DNA of 64,000 bases from Arthrobacter sp. (GTDB lineage Bacteria > Actinomycetota > Actinomycetes > Actinomycetales > Micrococcaceae), in NCBI GenBank assembly GCA_026393275.1, contig JAPLAM010000045.1:74795-138794 (forward strand), read 5' to 3'. This document shows positions 57,351 through 64,000 of this stretch, one piece after another. Below the pieces are notes generated by a model. The model was not told the DNA's origin. It searched no databases and saw nothing but the letters and a program-made list of their open reading frames with translations. Position 1 is the stretch's first letter; each line of letters starts with the position of its first letter. The translations under genes and the position numbers were made by a program.

Positions 57351-59044
57351 TGCGTGTCATGGCTCAAATGGGCATGGTCATGAATCTGGACAAATGCATC
57401 GGCTGCCACACCTGTTCGGTGACCTGCAAACAGGCCTGGACCAACCGTGCCGGCACCGAGTATGTCTGGTTCAACAACGTCGAAACCCGCCCCGGGCAGG
57501 GGTACCCGCGCCGCTACGAGGACCAGGAGAAGTGGCACGGCGGCTGGGTGCTGAACAAGCGCGGCAAGCTGGTGCTGAAGGCCGGCGGTCGGGTCAAGAA
57601 GCTCTTCGGGATCTTCGCTAGCCCGGTCCAGCCCGAACTCAAGGACTACTACGAGCCGTGGACCTACGACTACAAGACCCTCGTGGATGCGCCGCTGGGC
57701 GATGACTTCCCCGTGGCCCGGCCCAAATCCCTGATCACCGGGGAGGATACCAAGATCACCTGGTCCGCGAACTGGGACGACGACCTGGGCGGCTCCACGG
57801 AGCACGGCCACCTGGACCCGATCGTGGAGAAAATCCGGCGCGAATCCGAAGACAAGATCAAGTTCGCCTACGAGCAGACGTTCATGTTCTACCTGCCGCG
57901 GATCTGCGAGCACTGCCTGAACCCCTCCTGCATGGCGTCCTGTCCCTCCGGTGCCATCTACAAGCGGGTGGAGGACGGGATTGTCCTGGTGGACCAGGAC
58001 AAATGCCGCGGCTGGCGGCAGTGCGTCACCGGCTGCCCGTACAAGAAGATCTACTTCAACCACAAGACCGGCAAGGCCGAGAAGTGCACGTTCTGCTACC
58101 CGCGGGTGGAGGTGGGGCTGCCGACGGTCTGCTCGGAGACCTGCGTGGGGCGGCTGCGGTACCTCGGGTTGTTCCTGTACGACGCCGACGCCGTCACCGC
58201 GGCGGCCGCGGTGACGGACCCGCGGGAGCTCTACGACGCCCAGATGGACGTCCTGCTGGACCCGAACGACCCCGCCGTCCAGGCCGAGGCCCGGGCCCAG
58301 AACATTCCGGAGGACTGGATCGACGCCGCCCGGCGCTCGCCGGTCTACGCCCTGGCCAAGGTGTACAAGGTGGCGCTGCCGCTGCATCCCGAGTACCGGA
58401 CCATGCCGATGGTCTGGTATGTCCCGCCGCTCTCACCGGTGGTGGACCTGCTGCGCGACCAGGGGCACGACGGCGAGGACGCCGGCAACCTGTTCGGCGC
58501 CATCGACGCGCTGCGCATCCCGGTGGAATACCTCGCGGAACTCTTCACCGCGGGGGACACGGACCGGGTCACCGCGGTGCTGCGGAAACTCGCGGCGATG
58601 CGCTCCTTCATGCGCGGCATCAGCCTGGGCAACGACCCCGACGACGCCATCCCCGAGTCCGTGGGGATGGACAGCCAGACCATGTACGAGATGTACCGGC
58701 TGATGGCGATCGCGAAATACGAGGAACGCTACGTCATCCCCAAGGCCCACGTGGAGCAGGCCCATGACCTCGAGGAGATGGGCTGTTCCCTGGACTTCGA
58801 GGGCGGCCCGGGAATGCAGGACACCGCCCACTTCGGCGAAGCCAGCGGCCGGCCCGTCCCGGTGGCGGTGGAAACGTTCAACGCCCTCCGCGACCGGCAG
58901 ACCTCGGACGAGATGGGGTCCGGGTCCGGCCTCCGTGGCCGTGTCAACCTGCTGAACTGGGACGGGCGCGGGGCGCCCCCCGGGCTCTTCCCGGGCCGGT
59001 CGCGCCCCGAACCAGGTTCTTCGGCGGACGGGGAACGGCCGTGA
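57350..59044 (+). CDS. narH: Nitrate reductase beta subunit
   Basis: CIGCHTC, CEHCLNPSC, CRGWRQCVTGC, KCTFCYP; TGATG overlap. Confidence 0.98.
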   Translation: MRVMAQMGMVMNLDKCIGCHTCSVTCKQAWTNRAGTEYVWFNNVETRPGQGYPRRYEDQEKWHGGWVLNKRGKLVLKAGGRVKKLFGIFASPVQPELKDYYEPWTYDYKTLVDAPLGDDFPVARPKSLITGEDTKITWSANWDDDLGGSTEHGHLDPIVEKIRRESEDKIKFAYEQTFMFYLPRICEHCLNPSCMASCPSGAIYKRVEDGIVLVDQDKCRGWRQCVTGCPYKKIYFNHKTGKAEKCTFCYPRVEVGLPTVCSETCVGRLRYLGLFLYDADAVTAAAAVTDPRELYDAQMDVLLDPNDPAVQAEARAQNIPEDWIDAARRSPVYALAKVYKVALPLHPEYRTMPMVWYVPPLSPVVDLLRDQGHDGEDAGNLFGAIDALRIPVEYLAELFTAGDTDRVTAVLRKLAAMRSFMRGISLGNDPDDAIPESVGMDSQTMYEMYRLMAIAKYEERYVIPKAHVEQAHDLEEMGCSLDFEGGPGMQDTAHFGEASGRPVPVAVETFNALRDRQTSDEMGSGSGLRGRVNLLNWDGRGAPPGLFPGRSRPEPGSSADGERP

Positions 59045-59661
59045 GCCGGCGAGCTCAGGTGGTCTATCTGGCCGCCGCGTGGTGCTTGTCCTACCCGGAT
59101 GAAGATCTGATTGCCAAGGTGCCGCTGATGCGGGCCGCGCTGGCCGAGTTCCCCGGTGCCGGGCAGGACTTCGCGGGGGTCCTGGATCGGCTGGAATCCA
59201 CGCCGCCGATGGAGATCCAGGCGCACTACGTCCGGGAGTTCGATCTCGGAAAGCGCCACGCCCTGCACCTGTCCTATTGGACCGACGGGGACACCCGGCG
59301 CCGGGGCGAAGTGCTGGGAAACTTCAAGCAGACCTACCGGCAAAGCGACATCCTGGTGGACACGCACGGGGAACTGCCGGACTACCTCCCGATGGTGCTG
59401 GAATACGCCGCGCTGGTGGACCTCGCGGCCGGCCGCGCCCTGCTGAGCCGGTTCCGGGCGAGCCTGGAGATGCTGCGCTTTGGCCTGCTCCGGGACGAGC
59501 TGCCGCATGCCAGCGTCCTGCAGGCCATCTGTGCCACGCTGCCCGGGAAATCGCCCGCGGATGAGCAGGCGGTGATGCGGATGGCCGGTTACGGGCCGCC
59601 CACCGAGGCGGTAGGCCTGGACCCGTACGATCCGCGCCTGCTGCCCGTGAAGGGGGCCTGA
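59041..59661 (+). CDS. narJ: Nitrate reductase molybdenum cofactor assembly chaperone
   Basis: 'Y...FD......L.L.YW..GDTRRRG', 'ELPDYLPMVLEY'. Confidence 0.93.
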   Translation: MSRRAQVVYLAAAWCLSYPDEDLIAKVPLMRAALAEFPGAGQDFAGVLDRLESTPPMEIQAHYVREFDLGKRHALHLSYWTDGDTRRRGEVLGNFKQTYRQSDILVDTHGELPDYLPMVLEYAALVDLAAGRALLSRFRASLEMLRFGLLRDELPHASVLQAICATLPGKSPADEQAVMRMAGYGPPTEAVGLDPYDPRLLPVKGA

Positions 59662-59663
59662 GA

Positions 59664-60485
59664 ATGCTGGCATTCGAAGCCGCCGGGTCCGCCGTCGAAC
59701 TCTCCGCGCTGGATATCGTGCTGTGGGGCGTGCTGCCGTACGTCATGGTCGTCCTGCTGGTGGGCGGCCTCATCTGGCGCTACAAGTATGACCAGTTCGG
59801 CTGGACCACACGGTCCTCGCAGCTCTACGAGTCGCGGCTGCTCCGGATCGCCTCGCCGCTGTTCCACTTCGGCCTGCTCGCCGTGATCGCCGGGCACTTC
59901 TTCGGGCTGGTCATCCCGATGGTGTGGACCCAGGCCGTGGGCATGAGCCAGGAGTTCTACCACTTCAACGCCCTGCTGGTCGGCGGCGTCGCCGGCGTGG
60001 GAACCCTGGGCGGGATCATCCTGCTGATCTACCGCCGCCGCACCACCGGGCCCGTCTTCATGGCCACCACCAACAACGACAAGACCATGTACGTGGTGCT
60101 GACGGCGGCCATCGTCTTCGGGTTGTGGACCACCCTGGCCAGCGTCTTCGAGGGCGAGCACGGGCACAATTACCGCGAAACCGTGGCCCCGTGGTTCCGC
60201 TCGCTGTTCGTCTTCCAGCCGGACATCGCGGCGATGGCGGCGGCCCCGTTCTCCTTCCACCTGCACACCCTTGTGGGCATGACGCTGTTCGTGATCTGGC
60301 CCTTCACCCGGCTGGTCCACGCGTTTACGGCACCTTTCCACTACCTCTTCCGCCCCTACATCGTGTACCGCTCGCGGGACCGGGACGCCAGCGGGGCAGG
60401 CGCCGCTGCCCGGTCCTCCGGTACCGCAGCCCGACGCGGCTGGTCCGCCGTCGGCACCCGCGACCGTGACACCCGCAACCGGTGA
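59664..60485 (+). CDS. narI: Nitrate reductase gamma subunit (cytochrome b)
   Basis: 'YDQFGWTTRSSQLYE', 'LFHFG...GH', 'PFTRLVH'. Confidence 0.96.
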   Translation: MLAFEAAGSAVELSALDIVLWGVLPYVMVVLLVGGLIWRYKYDQFGWTTRSSQLYESRLLRIASPLFHFGLLAVIAGHFFGLVIPMVWTQAVGMSQEFYHFNALLVGGVAGVGTLGGIILLIYRRRTTGPVFMATTNNDKTMYVVLTAAIVFGLWTTLASVFEGEHGHNYRETVAPWFRSLFVFQPDIAAMAAAPFSFHLHTLVGMTLFVIWPFTRLVHAFTAPFHYLFRPYIVYRSRDRDASGAGAAARSSGTAARRGWSAVGTRDRDTRNR

Positions 60486-60544
60486 CCGGAACCTGCTGAC
60501 CTGAACCTGCTGAAACCGCGTTCCCGAATCGAGAGGAGACCCCC

Positions 60545-61768
60545 GTGGCCGGAGCAGTGCCCCAGCCCGCCGCCGCCCAGGACGGCCGGATGCGCAACCT
60601 GGTGCTCGCCACCGCCGCCTCGGTGGCCGGGTTCTGGGCGTGGAATTCCGTGGCCACCCTGGGGGCGTTCTACACCCAAAACCTGCACCTCAACGCTGCC
60701 ACCACGGGCATCCTCGTCGCGATGCCGGTCTTCGTCGGCTCGCTGGGGAGGATCGTCGTCGGCACCCTGACGGACAAGTACGGCGGCCGTGCCCTGTTCA
60801 GCTTCGTCCTGCTGGCTGCCATCATCCCGATTCTGCTGGTGGCCATCGGCGGCACCATCCGCTCCTTCGCCCTGGTGCTGGGCGCCGGCCTGCTCCTGGG
60901 TGTTGCCGGAACGGTCTTCGCCGTCGGCATCCCGTTCGTCAGCGCCTGGTTCGAGCCGTCACGCCGCGGCTTCGCCACCGGGGTCTTCGGCGCCGGGATG
61001 GGGGGCACCGCCCTGGCCGCCTTCCTGAATCCCCGCCTGGTCGCCTGGATCGGGTACTTCCCCACGCACCTCCTGATCGCCGGAGTCCTGGCCATCATGG
61101 CCGCGCTGGTGTGGTTCCTGATGAAGGAAGCCCCCGGCTGGAGCCGCAACAACGCCCCGGTCCTGCCCAAGCTGCTCGACGCCGCGAAGACCCCCGTCAC
61201 CTGGAAGATGTGCTTCCTCTACGCGGTCGTTTTCGGCGGCTTCGTGTCCTTTGCGACCTACCTGCCCACCTACCTCCGCGACGTTTACAGCTTCGATCCC
61301 AGCGCCGCCGGTGCCCGCACGGCCGGCTTCGCTCTGGCTGCGGTGCTGGCGCGGCCGGTGGGCGGCGTCCTCGCGGACCGGTTCGGTCCCAAACCCGTGG
61401 TGGTGGTCTCGCTCGCCGGCGTCGCCGTGCTCGCCTGGGTGGTGAACCTCCAGCCCGACGGCGATGTGCCCGCCGGCCTGACATTCGTCGCCATGGCGGC
61501 AGCCCTGGGGCTCGGCACCGGCGGCGTCTTCGCCTGGGTCGGTGTGCTCGCCCCGCCCGGCAAGGTGGGCAGCATCAGCGGGGTGGTCAGCGCCGCCGGC
61601 GGGCTCGGCGGCTACTTCCCGCCGCTCGTCATGGGCGCCACCTACGACGCCGCGACCCACAGCTACTCGATCGGGCTGCTGCTGCTGGTGGTCACGGCGC
61701 TGGCAGCGCTGGCCTTCACGGTTTTCGCCCTGCAAGGCCGCGCCCGGGCGAAGGTCGCGCACGTCTAG
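60545..61768 (+). CDS. narK: Nitrate/nitrite MFS transporter
   Basis: 'GSLGRI..G.LTDKYGGR', 'GFATGVFGAG..G', 'RPVGG.LADRFG'. Confidence 0.9.
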   Translation: MAGAVPQPAAAQDGRMRNLVLATAASVAGFWAWNSVATLGAFYTQNLHLNAATTGILVAMPVFVGSLGRIVVGTLTDKYGGRALFSFVLLAAIIPILLVAIGGTIRSFALVLGAGLLLGVAGTVFAVGIPFVSAWFEPSRRGFATGVFGAGMGGTALAAFLNPRLVAWIGYFPTHLLIAGVLAIMAALVWFLMKEAPGWSRNNAPVLPKLLDAAKTPVTWKMCFLYAVVFGGFVSFATYLPTYLRDVYSFDPSAAGARTAGFALAAVLARPVGGVLADRFGPKPVVVVSLAGVAVLAWVVNLQPDGDVPAGLTFVAMAAALGLGTGGVFAWVGVLAPPGKVGSISGVVSAAGGLGGYFPPLVMGATYDAATHSYSIGLLLLVVTALAALAFTVFALQGRARAKVAHV

Positions 61769-61813
61769 AGGCCCGGGGCCGCAAGCATGCCGCAGGGGCT
61801 CGTCAAAGAGTGA

Positions 61814-63124
61814 TCAGCCAAAGACCAGGTGCGCCGCGGTGAAGATGGCCAGCCCGGCGAGGGCACCCACCACGGTGCCGTTGATCCGGATGAACTGCAG
61901 GTCCTTGCCGATCTGGAGCTCGATCTTCTGCGAGGTTTCCTGGGCGTCCCAGCGGGCCACGGTATCGGTGATCACGCCCGCAATGTCCGAGCGGTACGTC
62001 TTGACGAGGTAGCCGGCGGCGTCCCCGATCCATTTGTTCACCTTGCCGGCCAGCTCCGGATCGACCACCAGACGGGTGCCGAAGTCGTGCACTGCAGCCT
62101 TGAACCGCACGCTCAGTTCGCTGTGCGGATCGTCGACGGCGGTGAGCAGTGCCGCCTTGATGGTGCCCCAGGTGCGGGAGGCCAGTTCCCGGATCTCGGG
62201 GTCGCCCAGCACCTGGGCCTTCACACCTTCGGCGCGCGCGATCATGACCGGATCGTGCTGCAGGTCCTGGGCCAGTTCCTTGAGGTACTTGTCGATCGAC
62301 AGCCGGACCTGGTGCTGCGGATCCGACTGCACGGCCCGGGTGAACTTGAGGATCTCCACGTAGACCTTGTCGCCCACCAGCCCGTCCACGAAGGTTGGAA
62401 CCCAGGTGGGGGAGCGGTCCGTGACGAGCCGGTTGACCGTCTCGTGGTTGTCCCGCACCCAGTCCACGGTACGGTCCACGAGCAGGTCCACTAGCGCGTG
62501 GTGGTGGCCGTCCTCGAACACGCGCTGCGCGAGCCGGCCCACGGGAGGTCCCCATGGCGGGGTCAGCAAGTGCCGGCGGACCATGCCCTCGATGACCGCC
62601 TGGACGTCGTCGTCGTTCAGCACCTTGAACGCGCCGCGGATCACCGCGGCGCCTTCCTTGGCTACCCGCTCGGCGCCGCCCGGCCCGGACAGCCAGCCGC
62701 CGACCTTGCGGGCGATGTCCACGCTGGCCAGTTTCTCCTTCACCACCTGTTCGGACAGGAAGTTGGTCTCCACGAATTCGCCCAGCGATGCCCCGATCTG
62801 GTCCTTGCGCCGCGGAATGATCGCCGTGTGCGGGATCTTCAGGCCCATCGGGTACTTGAACAGGGCCGTCACGGCGAACCAGTCGGCGAGGGCGCCCACC
62901 ATGCCGCCCTCCGACGCGGCCCTGACGTACTCGAGCCACGGGTACTGCTTCTGCAGGGCGAACGCAACGATGAAGATGACAGCCATGCCGATTAGCAGCG
63001 ACACCGCCAGCAGTTTCATCTTCCGCAGCGCGGCGGCCTTGTCGGCATCCGCGGCGGAGAGCCGGTGTTCGGCGCCGGGCGGCGCGGAGGCCGGACGAAG
63101 GGGTTGCTCAGTGTTCACCTGCAT
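61814..63124 (-). CDS. DUF445 family membrane protein
   Basis: 'GMVGALADWFAVTALF', 'HTAIIPRRKD', 'GKDLQFIRINGT.VG'. Confidence 0.92.
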   Translation of the reverse strand: MQVNTEQPLRPASAPPGAEHRLSAADADKAAALRKMKLLAVSLLIGMAVIFIVAFALQKQYPWLEYVRAASEGGMVGALADWFAVTALFKYPMGLKIPHTAIIPRRKDQIGASLGEFVETNFLSEQVVKEKLASVDIARKVGGWLSGPGGAERVAKEGAAVIRGAFKVLNDDDVQAVIEGMVRRHLLTPPWGPPVGRLAQRVFEDGHHHALVDLLVDRTVDWVRDNHETVNRLVTDRSPTWVPTFVDGLVGDKVYVEILKFTRAVQSDPQHQVRLSIDKYLKELAQDLQHDPVMIARAEGVKAQVLGDPEIRELASRTWGTIKAALLTAVDDPHSELSVRFKAAVHDFGTRLVVDPELAGKVNKWIGDAAGYLVKTYRSDIAGVITDTVARWDAQETSQKIELQIGKDLQFIRINGTVVGALAGLAIFTAAHLVFG

Positions 63125-63174
63125 GTGCCCAGCCTAGCCCGGCATCCGTCACGGACGTCCGCTAACGTGTCAGC

Positions 63175-64000
63175 ATGACCACCGAGGAGTACGCTGCCGC
63201 CCGTCCGCTCGTCTACGCCCACCGCGGCTCCAGTGCGGCCTTCGCCGAGCACACTCGTGCCGCCTATCTTCAGGCGATCGCCGACGGCGTCGACGGCGTC
63301 GAGTGCGACGTGCACCTGACCCGCGACCAGCACGCCGTGCTGCTCCATGACGCCAACCTGGACCGCACCTCGGACGGGACCGGCCCGGTCGCAGACCGCA
63401 CCCTTGAGGAGCTGCGGCTGCTGGACTTCTGCTCCTGGAAGGGCGCCCGGATTCCCGAGGAATACGGTGCCCGGTCCGAGCAATTCCTGACGCTGCCCGA
63501 GCTGCTGGACCTCCTGCGCCAGGCCGGCCGCGAGATCGGGCTGGCGATTGAACTCAAGCACCCGAGCCCCTACCAGCTCAAGCTCGAGGACCGGGTCTTA
63601 GAGGTGCTCGAGGCCGAGGGCTGGGACCCTGCCACCTCGATGCTGGACAACATCCGGGTCTCCTTCATGAGCTTCAGCCCGGACTCGGTGAAGCACCTGC
63701 TGGAGTCCGTACCGGCGTCGGCCATCTGCCAGCTCGTGGACGACGTGAACGTCGAGGAAATCCGGGAGGAACTGGGCCTGGGTCCCGTCACCGGCGGCGC
63801 GGTCGCCAACGTCCTGAAGGCGGCGCAGACCGAGGGGGAGCGGATCCTGGACGACTGCGAAGTGGGCCTGGCCGGACCCGGCATCGGCTACGTCCGCGGG
63901 CACGCCCGCACGGTCCGGCGCTGGCTCGAGTCGGGCCGCCGCTTCCGGGTCTGGACCGTGGATTCCGAGGCCGACGTCGCCCTCTGCCGCGAGCTCGGTA
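63175..64000 (+). CDS. Glycerophosphodiester phosphodiesterase (3' end beyond window)
   Basis: Translated by hand: 'AHRGSS..FAEHT.AAY..AI.DG.DGVECDVHLTRD...V..HD', 'LAIELKHP'; missing from the ORF track because no stop falls in the window. Confidence 0.92.
   Translation, partial: MTTEEYAAARPLVYAHRGSSAAFAEHTRAAYLQAIADGVDGVECDVHLTRDQHAVLLHDANLDRTSDGTGPVADRTLEELRLLDFCSWKGARIPEEYGARSEQFLTLPELLDLLRQAGREIGLAIELKHPSPYQLKLEDRVLEVLEAEGWDPATSMLDNIRVSFMSFSPDSVKHLLESVPASAICQLVDDVNVEEIREELGLGPVTGGAVANVLKAAQTEGERILDDCEVGLAGPGIGYVRGHARTVRRWLESGRRFRVWTVDSEADVALCRELG

Overview
High-GC actinobacterial chromosomal window; gene content and style suggest Micrococcaceae (Arthrobacter/Pseudarthrobacter-like), which is an inference. 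About 60 CDSs and one tRNA-Lys(UUU). Left to right: a PucR-family regulator divergent from a ferredoxin reductase/acyl-CoA desaturase pair; radA; pstSCAB converging on pit/DUF47; tRNA-Lys followed by a patchwork of small stress/accessory genes (MarR, Zn-ribbon plus soluble Ser/Thr kinase, PrmC-related methylase, YtxH-like, GlsB/YeaQ, AKR, dodecin, SGNH, AT3 acyltransferase, GNAT, STAS-like, SDR, FUSC, ProP); a LacI-nucleoside hydrolase-MFS-ribokinase locus; ligD/ku NHEJ; a fructose PTS operon without enzyme I; beta-PGM plus GH65; an ECF42-type sigma flanked by two DGPF/YciI genes; a divergent pxpA; narGHJIK; DUF445; and a GDPD truncated by the window edge. No integrase, transposase, cas or phage genes were seen. 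The least-explained signals are non-coding: (1) three arrays of one modular GGACATG/CATGTCC REP-like repeat family, two of which bracket the fru operon; (2) an 84-nt multi-hairpin domain surrounded by promoter-like motifs between DUF47 and a hypothetical gene, a candidate ncRNA; (3) a TAAGCATGCTTA-like operator recurring before small stress genes and a MarR/Zn-ribbon/kinase module. All assignments come from motif reading by eye; no searches or folding programs were run.
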